From Candidatus Sumerlaeaceae bacterium (GTDB taxonomy: Bacteria; Sumerlaeota; Sumerlaeia; Sumerlaeales; Sumerlaeaceae): a stretch of 64,000 nt of DNA. Each line of letters begins with the position of its first letter. Within the stretch, counting starts at the first letter, position 1. The translations under genes were made by a program, and so were the position numbers. The notes beneath the pieces are model-generated. The model saw only the letters and a list, made by a program, of their open reading frames with translations. It made no database searches and was not told the DNA's origin. Below, one piece after another: positions 47,551-57,216 of this stretch. The DNA is taken from NCBI GenBank assembly GCA_051003195.1, contig JBPCLP010000053.1:99371-163370 (forward strand), given 5' to 3'.

Positions 47551-48675
47551 TTACCGGCTTACAAGCTTGTCCACAGGCAAATAGACCGAAAAGGTTGTCA
47601 ATTCATTTGGTTGGCTTGTGGCGGTGACGCAACCTCCATGGGCCTCCACAATACAGCGCAGCACATAGGACCCGATACCGCTGCCCTCAACCGCGGAGTG
47701 GGTGCGGCTGCGCTGGTACTTTTCGAAGATCGAATGCAGGTCCTCAGGCGCGATTCCGGGTCCCGTATTGCTGACTTCAAGTAATACACATCGGGCATGG
47801 AGGGGACCTTCGTCGGGACCGACAATGGCTGTCCGCAACCTTATGGTGCCTCCGGCGGGCGTAAACTTACAGGCATTTGAAAGCACATTGCCAAGTGCGC
47901 GGAACATCAGGTTTTCATCCCCGGAAATGGTGGGCAGGGGAGAGCATAAGTCGGCCTCGAGTTTCAGATGGTTCTTCTCCAGTTCCACCTGGAACATCGT
48001 GGTGAGGTCTTCGATGAGATACTCGAGGTTCACATCCCGGTAAAATATTGTAAGCTTGCCGGCATCAATCTTACACGAAGTCAGAAAGTTGTCGATCAGG
48101 TTCAGGATCTTCAGGCCGTTCGAGCTGATCGTCTGCACGAATTCGCGGGCGCGTGTATTGAGCTCTCCATCTTTCGTGAAAACCAGGGAGCTGTAACCCA
48201 GGATGGAAGACAGCGGTATCTTGATATCATGCGTGATCATGGAAAGCATGTCTTCGCGAAACCGGTCCGCGTCGATTCGAATGAAAGCTTTTTCGACTGC
48301 CGCGCGTAGAACTTCGAATTCAAACGGTTTGGATATGAAATCCACGACTCTTAAGCGTAACGCTTCGATAGCGGTTTCGGCGGACGTGTGCCCGGTAATG
48401 ACAATAAAGCCGATGCCAGGGCGACCCTCGGTTGCACGGATGAGGTCGAGGCCGTCCATGTCGCCCATCCGCAGGTCCGTAATCACAATGGGGAAATCGC
48501 GGGCGCCTAGTTTCTGAAGAGCCTCTCCGCCGGAAAACGCAGTCTCTACCTCGTAACCTGATTCCTCCAGGAGAAGCTTCAGACTGGTTGCCATGCGCTG
48601 CTCATCGTCCACAACGAGAAGCCGCCTCGGTATGCGCGCGCTGAGTCCGGTGTCGCAGGTGGTCGCCATGCCCAT
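47551..48675 (-). CDS. Hybrid receiver-histidine kinase
   Basis: VVDDE...ITDLRM...KPF; THDIKIPL H-box; NACKFT, NTGPGI, GSGIG. Confidence 0.9.
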   Translation of the reverse strand: MGMATTCDTGLSARIPRRLLVVDDEQRMATSLKLLLEESGYEVETAFSGGEALQKLGARDFPIVITDLRMGDMDGLDLIRATEGRPGIGFIVITGHTSAETAIEALRLRVVDFISKPFEFEVLRAAVEKAFIRIDADRFREDMLSMITHDIKIPLSSILGYSSLVFTKDGELNTRAREFVQTISSNGLKILNLIDNFLTSCKIDAGKLTIFYRDVNLEYLIEDLTTMFQVELEKNHLKLEADLCSPLPTISGDENLMFRALGNVLSNACKFTPAGGTIRLRTAIVGPDEGPLHARCVLLEVSNTGPGIAPEDLHSIFEKYQRSRTHSAVEGSGIGSYVLRCIVEAHGGCVTATSQPNELTTFSVYLPVDKLVSR

Positions 48676-48735
48676 AAAGCCTTTGCTACCGGGAAGCTGC
48701 TTGCCAGAAAAAAGCTCTACCTGCTGCAGCTCGAC

Positions 48736-49683
48736 TCAGGCATCCACAGGAGCTGTTCTGCGGTGCGATGTTTTTTCACTGTTCATCATAATGACGCCTG
48801 CAACAACGGCGATGAGCCCGACGATAAATTGCGGAGTGAGACGGTCGTTTAAGAATACTACACTCAAGGCCACTCCCCAGAGTCCGGTTAAAAAGGAGAA
48901 CACGGTCAGCGAAGTCACTTTGTAACGGCGAATGAGACCATACCACAACCTGAAAGCGACGGCGGACACGATCGCGAGCCACAGCAGCAGCCAGCAGAAG
49001 CTCAGCGGCACCCGTAACTGCGTAAGTGGCTGCTCAAGTATCCACGCCAGTATCAGGAGCAGGCAACCCCCAAGGAACATCTGGGTACCGGTGAGCCTGT
49101 CGATCCCGAACCGTCCGCGATAGGTCACGACCAGCATTGTGCCAGCCGAATTAAACGTCAGTCCCAGCAGGATCAATCCGCATCCAATCAGGCTGGTCTG
49201 GGCGATTCCATGTCCCTGCTTTGCCAGGGCGATGCTAAGTATGCCCGCAAATGCGAGCAGAATGGCGGCGCCGCGGCGGACGCTCAGCCGATCATCGTGA
49301 AGCGCAAAGTGGGCAAACACGACGCTAATGACCGGCCCGGCTGCGTCGATGGCAGCCACACTTGCGGCAGATGTCCGCGTCATGCCGAGGAAAAGCAAAC
49401 CGTAAAAGCTGGCCGTGCTCATCAGTGAAATAGCAAGCACTCGCAGCCATTCCACCGGTCGCTTACCCTGTGGCTCCGCTGGTTCCATTTGACTGCGGAA
49501 AACGGTCGAACTCGCCAGCAGCAAGAGGCCGGCGATGGTAAACCGGAGGCCCGCCAGCGTCAACGGCCCCACGTGCTGTAGCGCCGTTTTTGCAACTGGA
49601 AATGCGGTACCCCAAAGAAACGTGGCGAGAAGCATTTGCAGGTAGACAGAAACTGGCACGCCGCTATGCAGATTTCGCGGCAT
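48736..49683 (-). CDS. DMT (EamA) family transporter
   Basis: LWGTAFPVAK, LAGLRF; 10 TM in two repeats. Confidence 0.9.
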   Translation of the reverse strand: MPRNLHSGVPVSVYLQMLLATFLWGTAFPVAKTALQHVGPLTLAGLRFTIAGLLLLASSTVFRSQMEPAEPQGKRPVEWLRVLAISLMSTASFYGLLFLGMTRTSAASVAAIDAAGPVISVVFAHFALHDDRLSVRRGAAILLAFAGILSIALAKQGHGIAQTSLIGCGLILLGLTFNSAGTMLVVTYRGRFGIDRLTGTQMFLGGCLLLILAWILEQPLTQLRVPLSFCWLLLWLAIVSAVAFRLWYGLIRRYKVTSLTVFSFLTGLWGVALSVVFLNDRLTPQFIVGLIAVVAGVIMMNSEKTSHRRTAPVDA

Positions 49684-49736
49684 AGCGAGTCAACGCGGAA
49701 CTCGGGCACCGGATCCGCGTGCTTACGTGGCTAAGT

Positions 49737-50573
49737 TTAGTACTCCCAGGGCTTGATCAGTTCACGAAGTGTGCGCCTCGGCTGGCGCAGCTCCCATTGC
49801 CAGGCGAGATCCAGCGCTTTTTTGCGGTATGCAGAAACGGACTGATCGGGGCCAATGGCCTCTCGGGCTTCACTCAAGTAATCCGCGTGCTGCTCGACAA
49901 TGTGATACGCGGTTGCCGCACCTGTCGCAAACCATGGCAGCACGAAGACAATACCGACGCGAGACAGAAGGCATAGAGCGATACCCCCGATCAAGGTTAC
50001 CATGGTGGCAACCCACAGCCCGGGTGCGAGCGCCATTGCCATGAATGCCCGGCGCGCCAGTGTTCGTAATGTGGACTTCTCCGCCGCAACGACAACCAGT
50101 ACTGTCGCGTATGTGAACGCCGCGAAGCCAAGCCAGAAAAATACCGCGCCGAGCACAGTTCCAACCATGGCAACTGAACCCTTAGCTGCCACGGACATGC
50201 GGAAATAAAAGACAACGTTGACGCCGATGAGTGCAGCGCCGGCGCTTACCAGAAGTAAAAGCCAGCAATAGCGGCGAAGATTTTCGCGCATGTAGCGAAG
50301 CAACTCGGGAACGCGCGGTGTGTGATCCCGCGCCGCGCGCAGTGCAAACGGCATAAAGCCCGCCAGCGCGGCGGACAACAATAGCCAACTGCCGATCGCC
50401 GCAGCGGCGATCAGTGAAAAACGGATAACATTAGACCCGACACTTCCGCCAAGAGATCCAACGCTGGTGACCAGTAACAGTACGGATAGCGAGAATGCGG
50501 CTCCAAAAACGAGATACGTCCCGAGGTAGTCGTAGAAGTTCCAGAAGAGATGATAAAAAAATCGGCGGATCAT
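49737..50573 (-). CDS. Hypothetical membrane protein (DUF624-like ending ELIKPWE), coupled to murA
   Basis: Multiple TM helices; ATGA overlap with murA stop. Confidence 0.7.
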   Translation of the reverse strand: MIRRFFYHLFWNFYDYLGTYLVFGAAFSLSVLLLVTSVGSLGGSVGSNVIRFSLIAAAAIGSWLLLSAALAGFMPFALRAARDHTPRVPELLRYMRENLRRYCWLLLLVSAGAALIGVNVVFYFRMSVAAKGSVAMVGTVLGAVFFWLGFAAFTYATVLVVVAAEKSTLRTLARRAFMAMALAPGLWVATMVTLIGGIALCLLSRVGIVFVLPWFATGAATAYHIVEQHADYLSEAREAIGPDQSVSAYRKKALDLAWQWELRQPRRTLRELIKPWEY

Positions 50574-51868
50574 CCTTCTGCTGGTGGCGCCTCATCCGGC
50601 TCATCATCCGTGGTACGCTCAATTTTCGCGCCAAGGCCGCGCAGTTTCTTTTCGATGAACTCGTATCCGCGATCAATATGGTATACGCGATTCACGAGCG
50701 TGGTACCTTTTGCCGCCAGACCCGCGACCACCAGCGCTGCCGAGGCCCGTAAATCACTGGCCATCACAGGCGCGCCGCCCAGTTGCTCCACCCCGTCAAT
50801 GGTCGCCATCCCCGAGACGACCTTCACGTTCGCCCCCATGCGGTTCAGTTCTGCGGCGTGCATGAAACGATCGACGTAAATCGTTTCACGGATAGTGCTG
50901 GTGCCGGCAACGGTCGCCAGCAGTGCCATGAATTGCGCCTGCATGTCCGTCGGAAATCCAGGGTATGTCCATGTCTGTATGTTCGTCGGAAGAAATTCGG
51001 AATGCTTGCCATACACGCGGACACGATCTCCATCCGCGTCCAAATGGACACCAATTTCGCGCAGCTTGTCCACGGTAGATTCCATGTCCCGCATGGGGGC
51101 ATTTTCAATCACCGCATCGCCGTCTGTGATAGCGACAGCCGTCATGAAGGTTCCCGCTTCAATTCGATCGGCCACAACGGAGTGCTTCACGCCGTTGAGT
51201 GATTTGACGCCATGAACGGTCACCGTGCGCGAGCCGGCGTTCTCGACCTGCGCGCCCATCGAGTTCAGAAACCCGCACAATTCCAGCACATCGGGTTCGC
51301 GTGCAGCGCCGTGAATCACCGTCGTGCCTTCCGCCAGTGAAGCAGCCATGAGGACGTTACATGTTGCACCTACGCTGGAGCCCGAACTACCCGACAGGTT
51401 GAACTCCGAACCGCGCAGGCCGTCTGTCTGCGCCAGTACGTACCCATACTCCAGGCCGATCTCGGCGCCCAGCGCCTCAAAACCTTTCAGGTGTAAGTCG
51501 ACAGGCCGTTGACCTATCGCGCATCCACCCGGCAGAGACACCTTGGCCCGTTTAAGACGTGCGAGCATCGGGCCCATGACGTAAATCGAAGCTCGCATCT
51601 TACGAACGATGTCGTACGTCGCTTCATGATTATCGAATCCTCGCGGGTCGATCGTCATGAGATGATCCTGGAACTCGACTTTTGCGCCGACAGAGCGCAA
51701 TACCTCCGCCATGGTCTGCACGTCGCGCAGATCAGGCACATTGCTCAAGGTTGTAGGGCTGTCGCCCAGCAAGGCAGCCGCCATCAGGGGGAGAGTCGCA
51801 TTCTTCGATCCGCTGATACTGATACTTCCTCTAAGCGGTACACCGCCCTCAATTACAATACGCTGCAA
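50570..51868 (-). CDS. murA: UDP-N-acetylglucosamine 1-carboxyvinyltransferase (TTG start inferred)
   Basis: GSKNATLP, RKMRAS, LPGGCAIGQRPVDLH (Cys retained), YPGFPTDMQAQ, DLRA, IDRGY. Confidence 0.96.
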   Translation of the reverse strand: MQRIVIEGGVPLRGSISISGSKNATLPLMAAALLGDSPTTLSNVPDLRDVQTMAEVLRSVGAKVEFQDHLMTIDPRGFDNHEATYDIVRKMRASIYVMGPMLARLKRAKVSLPGGCAIGQRPVDLHLKGFEALGAEIGLEYGYVLAQTDGLRGSEFNLSGSSGSSVGATCNVLMAASLAEGTTVIHGAAREPDVLELCGFLNSMGAQVENAGSRTVTVHGVKSLNGVKHSVVADRIEAGTFMTAVAITDGDAVIENAPMRDMESTVDKLREIGVHLDADGDRVRVYGKHSEFLPTNIQTWTYPGFPTDMQAQFMALLATVAGTSTIRETIYVDRFMHAAELNRMGANVKVVSGMATIDGVEQLGGAPVMASDLRASAALVVAGLAAKGTTLVNRVYHIDRGYEFIEKKLRGLGAKIERTTDDEPDEAPPAEG

Positions 51869-51965
51869 TGGTCGTCCCCCACATTTTTGCACTGGGATTG
51901 CAGGCGCGCAATGTTATGGATAAGCATGCGCGCCGCGCCGGCGTCATTTGCCATTGGCGTGCCAG

Positions 51966-52385
51966 TTAGAACTGCGCCATCGCCGGCGATTGGTTGCGCT
52001 GCGGGATAATCGCGATGCAGTCGATCTCCACGAGAACGTCCTTGGGTAAACGGGAGACCTCGACGGTGGCGCGTGCGGGCGGGTCGACAGGGAAGTGTTT
52101 CGCGTACACTGCGTTCATTGCGGGGAAATCTTCCATGTTTTTCAGGAAAACGGTCGTCTTGCAAACCTGGAACAATCCGCTGTTCGTGACGTCCAACACC
52201 GATTCAAGGTTGCGAAGCACCTGCTCCGTCTGGGTTGCCACATCGCTGCCAACGACGGCGCCGGTCTTTGGATCGAGCGGAATTTGACCCGAGCAGAAAA
52301 TTATGTTTCCCACTTTGATAGCCTGGGAATATGGCCCTACCGCTGCCGGGGCATTGGGTGATGTAACTACGACGCGCTCATTCAT
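51966..52385 (-). CDS. ridA: RidA/YjgF enamine deaminase family protein
   Basis: GPYSQA, SGQIPLDP, PARATVEVSRLPKDVLVEID. Confidence 0.9.
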   Translation of the reverse strand: MNERVVVTSPNAPAAVGPYSQAIKVGNIIFCSGQIPLDPKTGAVVGSDVATQTEQVLRNLESVLDVTNSGLFQVCKTTVFLKNMEDFPAMNAVYAKHFPVDPPARATVEVSRLPKDVLVEIDCIAIIPQRNQSPAMAQF

Positions 52386-52397
52386 ATCTGACTCCTG

Positions 52398-52871
52398 TTA
52401 GCCTCTCGCCATCGCAATACGGCCGGTGCGCACCAGTTCTTTGATCCCGTACGGGCGAACCATATCAATCAATGCGGCCAGTTTATCCGCACTGCCCGCA
52501 GCTTCCACGGTAACCGTCGACTGCTGCACGTCGACAATCTTCGTACGGAAAATGTCTGCGATTTCAATGATTTCGCTGCGGCTCTTCTGGCTGGTCGATA
52601 TCTTCAGAAGCATGAGTTCGCGCTCTATGTGCTTTTCCTCCGAGAGGTCATCTACACGAATCACGTCGATGAGCCGGTTCAGTTGCTTCAGGATCTGCTC
52701 GACCACCATGTCGTCGCCTTTGACGACAATGGTCATGCGTGACACGGTTGAATCCTGCGTCTCCCCCACTGCCAGGCTATCGATATTGAAGCCACGGCCG
52801 GAAAACAGCCCTGCAATGTGCGCCAGAACGCCGAACCTGTTCTCGACGAGAACAGAGATAATGTGTTCCAT
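52398..52871 (-). CDS. ilvN: Acetolactate synthase small (regulatory) subunit
   Basis: ISVLVENRFGVL...FSGRGFNIDSLAVG, EQILKQLNRLIDV, ELVRTG. Confidence 0.95.
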   Translation of the reverse strand: MEHIISVLVENRFGVLAHIAGLFSGRGFNIDSLAVGETQDSTVSRMTIVVKGDDMVVEQILKQLNRLIDVIRVDDLSEEKHIERELMLLKISTSQKSRSEIIEIADIFRTKIVDVQQSTVTVEAAGSADKLAALIDMVRPYGIKELVRTGRIAMARG

Positions 52872-52988
52872 CTACCCGCCTTAGCTTTACCTGATACTTG
52901 CTGGCGCACAGGTCACGAAAGCGGCGTAGACACGTCAATAAAAACATCCCGTTGACGCAGGAGCCGGCCATCCTGAGGGCTTGCAAGC

Positions 52989-55175
52989 ATGGGAAAGCGT
53001 GGCTGGGCCGCAATCGTTCTGATTCCGCTGTTGGGGTGCCTGTGTCACTATGGGTTCCTGCTCTGGCCGGGGACTACCCTTGCCGGCATGGATTTTTTGA
53101 ACCTCGACTACCCGCGAGCCGAGTTAATCCACAGGGCATTTATTGCAGGTCGTATACCACTGTGGAATCCTTACGAATGGGGCGGGTGTCCGCTGCTGGC
53201 AGCAATGCAGGGCAGTGTGCTCTACCCGCCCATCTGGCCCATGTTGCTCCTTCCCCAGCCATATGGCCTGCAGGTTTCGATCTTTGTACACGTTGTATGG
53301 GCGGCAGTGGGCGCGGCTCTACTCGCGCGCTATCTTTTGCAGTGCCCGTCGCAAGTGGCTGCGTTCAGCGGTATCGCTTACGCCTGCAGCGGCTATTATG
53401 TCGGTCGAATCGAACAGGCGAACATCGTCGCGACGTTCTCATGGACCCCATGGATCTTTCTTACTGCTACCCGCCTCATGGATGGTCGTGGATCGTGGCA
53501 GGCCATGCTCGGCGCAATCTCGCTGTGCATTTTGCCCGGGCATCCGCAAACCACGGCTCTGGCCCTGCTTGGCTGCGCCGTGTTCATAACGTCACGGGCG
53601 GTGTTCAACCGCTCCGCAAGTCGCTACGCGGCCGCGCTTCGGCTCGCGCTGCTTTCCGTCATGGGCGCGCTGGGGGTGACCGCGGCGCAACTTTTGCCGA
53701 CGCAGGAATTATCCGCGCTATCTGAACGCGTATGGTCATGGCCAGACCCGATGAGTCCAGCGCTTAAATGGGAGCACCTTCCGGCGCTGGTGGTTCCCGG
53801 CTATTTCAGACACCTCGCGCACGTGAGCTGGGGTAAGGCATTTGGTTATACTGAACTGGGACTTTACTGCGGTGTCCTGGCGTTCCCGCTGGCTGTTTGG
53901 GGTGCAGTTGTCTCAGTGCGTAATCGGGACGCGACAGGCTGTGCGCTGCTGGCGACATGGATATTCTCCATGCTGTTCGCGCTGGGCAACAGCGGCCTCA
54001 TTGCGAACCCATTCGTGAAGTTCATTCCGCTTTTTACGCATTCACGCGGTGTGGGCCGTATGCTGAATTCGTCTACCCTTTGCTACACACTGCTCGCCGC
54101 GCATGGGCTTTACGCAGCCGTGCGATTTCTGGCCACCCGTAAGGGCCTGAAGCGACATGGCCTTGTTTATGCCACCTGTATCGCTCTACTGATTGCCGAC
54201 CTTTGCTGGACCAATTGGACTGAGTTATATGGCCAGCTTGTGGACTCAACAGCAGTAAGACGCATATCACCGCTGGCCTCCCATCTGAAGGATGGCGCCC
54301 GTCTATATCGGTTCATGCAGAATGACAGTGATCTCTACCTGGATAACCGTGCCAGCCTGGTGCCGTACCGCGGAGCGCGGCTACTCCCGAATCTCACCAG
54401 CGTTCAAAGGGTGCAGGTGCTGGACGGATATGAAGAAGCCCTTTTGCCAACGCGCGCGTGGGCGAATCTTCTGCGCCGTTACAACCGGAACCTGCGTTCG
54501 GATCACGTGGATGCGCGCCTGGTCGCCCTCCTCGGTGCCGGGCACCTGCTCACGGATTATCCGATCAGGTCGTTTGGCCTGGAATGGAAATCCGTTGCAG
54601 CCCACCAGTGGCCCGCCGGTGGAATCAGCCTTTGGGGAAACCTGTTCTCGCCCGTAGCCGCGTTGGAAGATGTTCTGACGAGCGATGGAGTTTCGGTCGC
54701 AACTCGCATTCGTGAAACTTTTAACGAGGAAACAACGACCGGCCTGGCGGCAGAATTCGTGAATCGCGAAGGTTATGCATTCGCCCTGCCCGGCAGGAAG
54801 GCCGTATCGCACGCATTCTCAACTATGAGCCGGCAGGAGTTCACGAGCCTTTCCTGCGCGGCTGCCGGGCAGTTGCGGTTCAATGAAATTTCGTTCCGTC
54901 TCGAGCGCCCCGTAAGTCACAACCTTGTTCTCCTCGGCCCCTCGTTTGCTGGATCGAACGTTTACATAGAACACTCCGGTATGCAAAACCGACTGCCACT
55001 GCTGCGGCACACCTGCGCAAGCTCGCTGCTACCCTTGACCGGAGCACTTCCAGCACAGACGCTAATCCAACTGCGTTATGAACCCTACTCATTTCGTCTC
55101 GGCCTTTTTATTTCCCTCGTGATGCTTTGCGGTCTTCTGTTTTCTGGTCGTCGGAAACTTGCCTTGACGGGTTAG
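52989..55175 (+). CDS. YfhO-like (GT-C) membrane protein
   Basis: IPLWNPYEWGGCPLLA, GHPQ, AAQLLPTQEL...SER, C-terminal LRYEPYSFRLGLFIS. Confidence 0.8.
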   Translation: MGKRGWAAIVLIPLLGCLCHYGFLLWPGTTLAGMDFLNLDYPRAELIHRAFIAGRIPLWNPYEWGGCPLLAAMQGSVLYPPIWPMLLLPQPYGLQVSIFVHVVWAAVGAALLARYLLQCPSQVAAFSGIAYACSGYYVGRIEQANIVATFSWTPWIFLTATRLMDGRGSWQAMLGAISLCILPGHPQTTALALLGCAVFITSRAVFNRSASRYAAALRLALLSVMGALGVTAAQLLPTQELSALSERVWSWPDPMSPALKWEHLPALVVPGYFRHLAHVSWGKAFGYTELGLYCGVLAFPLAVWGAVVSVRNRDATGCALLATWIFSMLFALGNSGLIANPFVKFIPLFTHSRGVGRMLNSSTLCYTLLAAHGLYAAVRFLATRKGLKRHGLVYATCIALLIADLCWTNWTELYGQLVDSTAVRRISPLASHLKDGARLYRFMQNDSDLYLDNRASLVPYRGARLLPNLTSVQRVQVLDGYEEALLPTRAWANLLRRYNRNLRSDHVDARLVALLGAGHLLTDYPIRSFGLEWKSVAAHQWPAGGISLWGNLFSPVAALEDVLTSDGVSVATRIRETFNEETTTGLAAEFVNREGYAFALPGRKAVSHAFSTMSRQEFTSLSCAAAGQLRFNEISFRLERPVSHNLVLLGPSFAGSNVYIEHSGMQNRLPLLRHTCASSLLPLTGALPAQTLIQLRYEPYSFRLGLFISLVMLCGLLFSGRRKLALTG

Positions 55176-55189
55176 CCTGCCAACACAGA

Positions 55190-55609
55190 ATGCCGGAATA
55201 CATGAACCCAAAGCTCCAACCCCGCCGCTACGAGCGCGTCTCAGTTGCCGTCGCGGCGCAGTTTAATATCCTCCTTCCGGAGGCAACTTTTCAACCTCTG
55301 AACTTTCCGTGCATCATTCGCGATCTAAGCGAGCGTGGCGCGATGGTAGAAGTTGATCTGGACACGGAAACCTATCGGATGCTTCTGCAAAAAACCAGGT
55401 TCTGCCGCGTCAACTTTCCGGCAGGAAATGATATTCCCGAGCGGGTAGTTGGACGCTCGGTCTGGATTCAACCGGAAGGCAAGGGAGAGACGCGGACGTT
55501 CAAGATAGGCTTGTTCTTCGAAGACTGCCCGGCGGTAATCGTAGAGCAGCTTCGCTCCTTCGTCCACCGACTGAAACTGCAGCAAGAGTCCGAAAACGCG
55601 GTCTCCTGA
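55190..55609 (+). CDS. PilZ domain protein
   Basis: RRYER (RxxxR) and DLSERG (DxSxxG) c-di-GMP motifs. Confidence 0.85.
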   Translation: MPEYMNPKLQPRRYERVSVAVAAQFNILLPEATFQPLNFPCIIRDLSERGAMVEVDLDTETYRMLLQKTRFCRVNFPAGNDIPERVVGRSVWIQPEGKGETRTFKIGLFFEDCPAVIVEQLRSFVHRLKLQQESENAVS

Positions 55610-55615
55610 GCGCTG

Positions 55616-57172
55616 GTGTTGTTCAGAATTCCATATTCCCGCGCTAATCTCGCGCGTCGTTTATACGTTCTAAACCTGCGCGGCATTTTGCTGCTCTTCG
55701 CATTGTGTGCGAGCGGGCCTTGCTGGAGTTTCGGGCTGCAGAAGGCTGGGTTTCCCGCAGGCGGTGTCACGGCGGAAAGTCGAGTGTTCCCTGTCGATGT
55801 GCTGGGGGATCCTGCAAAAGAACTGGTTGTCGTCAAACGCAACGATGTATCGGTTTACCTGATTTCCGACGGACAGTATGTGAACGTCCAGCGACTGCTG
55901 CTGCCGGCGGGTGATGGCACGAGCGGCAATCGTGTTTACTTTGGCTTTGGTCGCCTGGCAAAGAACTCCCCCAAGTCGCTCATCGTGATGGCTTCCGGCG
56001 GTCTGCTTCACTACCCATATGACGGAAAGCAAATATCGGAACAACCGGTACAGTTCTACAAAGGGCCGCTGGCAAAGAGTGAAAGCGGCGGCAGTCCCGT
56101 GCAATACTACGATCTCGCGCTCGATATGGATAACGACGGCGTGGATGAACTGCTCGTGCCGGAGGAAAGCGGGTTTGCAATTCTGCGTCAGGGAAACGGC
56201 GGCGCTTATTCGAAAGTTCCGCTGCCGAGGAATTCTTTCAAACGCAAGGACGTTTATCAATTTTCAAATGATGTCGTGGCGGATCCGACACGTGCGCCAT
56301 TTTTCAGCGCCTCCATTTCGCATCGACGCGGCATCGACGACCTGCTGTTCTACGACGCCAATGGAGACAAACTCCAGGACCTGATCTATAGCAGCACGGA
56401 GATGACCGAACAGTCGAAGGAAGTCGAGCGGTACGATGTATTCTTACAGCAAAAGGGGATGACGTTTGAGACGAAGCCGAACCAATCTCTCGCCATTCCC
56501 TACGACAGCACGGCGCAATCGACATTTCGGGATGTGAATGCCGATGGGAAGCTTGATGCCGTAGTCGTTCGCAGTAATCTCGATATCGTAAATCCCCGCA
56601 CACTGGTTAAGTTTTATGTGGGGACGGGCTCGGGGTACCAGGTCTTTAACCAGGAAAGCGATCGTTTTGTTACGAAGGACCCGATCGGGCTGGTGCAGCT
56701 CGCAGACTTTAATTCGGATGGTTTCACCGATTTCGCGATGACATTTTTCAGCTACCAGTTCGGTTCGACTGAGGACATCATTGACCTGGCTCTCGCGAAC
56801 AAGATAAAGTTCAAGCTGCAGTTTTTCCTCGGCCGCGGAGCCAGCGGTTACAATCGCCAGCCAGACGCTGATAAGGAAATTACGCTTAATACAAAGCTTG
56901 AGAACTTTCGTGGGAATGCGCCTGTCATGATCGTAAACGATATGAACGGCGACCGCGTCCGTGACCTGATTGTACGAACAGCCGAAGACAAGCTGGACAT
57001 CTTCTGCAGCCAGGGCAGCATGCAATTTCCTGCCAAGCCATCCGAAAGCCTCACTGTACCATCTGATGCGACAACTAACGTAGAAGACCTGAATGGCGAC
57101 GGGCAGGCTGACTTGCTTGTTTCATCAGGACCGAAACAGATTTTGACCATCTACTTCGCCACCGGCCGGTAG
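55616..57172 (+). CDS. FG-GAP/VCBS repeat beta-propeller protein (start uncertain)
   Basis: Repeated DxNxDGxxDL motifs (DMDNDGVDEL, DANGDKLQDL, DVNADGKLD, DFNSDGFTD, DLNGDGQADL). Confidence 0.88.
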   Translation: MLFRIPYSRANLARRLYVLNLRGILLLFALCASGPCWSFGLQKAGFPAGGVTAESRVFPVDVLGDPAKELVVVKRNDVSVYLISDGQYVNVQRLLLPAGDGTSGNRVYFGFGRLAKNSPKSLIVMASGGLLHYPYDGKQISEQPVQFYKGPLAKSESGGSPVQYYDLALDMDNDGVDELLVPEESGFAILRQGNGGAYSKVPLPRNSFKRKDVYQFSNDVVADPTRAPFFSASISHRRGIDDLLFYDANGDKLQDLIYSSTEMTEQSKEVERYDVFLQQKGMTFETKPNQSLAIPYDSTAQSTFRDVNADGKLDAVVVRSNLDIVNPRTLVKFYVGTGSGYQVFNQESDRFVTKDPIGLVQLADFNSDGFTDFAMTFFSYQFGSTEDIIDLALANKIKFKLQFFLGRGASGYNRQPDADKEITLNTKLENFRGNAPVMIVNDMNGDRVRDLIVRTAEDKLDIFCSQGSMQFPAKPSESLTVPSDATTNVEDLNGDGQADLLVSSGPKQILTIYFATGR

Positions 57173-57216
57173 CCGGAGCCCTTTCGCCGTGGCACTAATC
57201 CGGATGCGGAGCTAAA

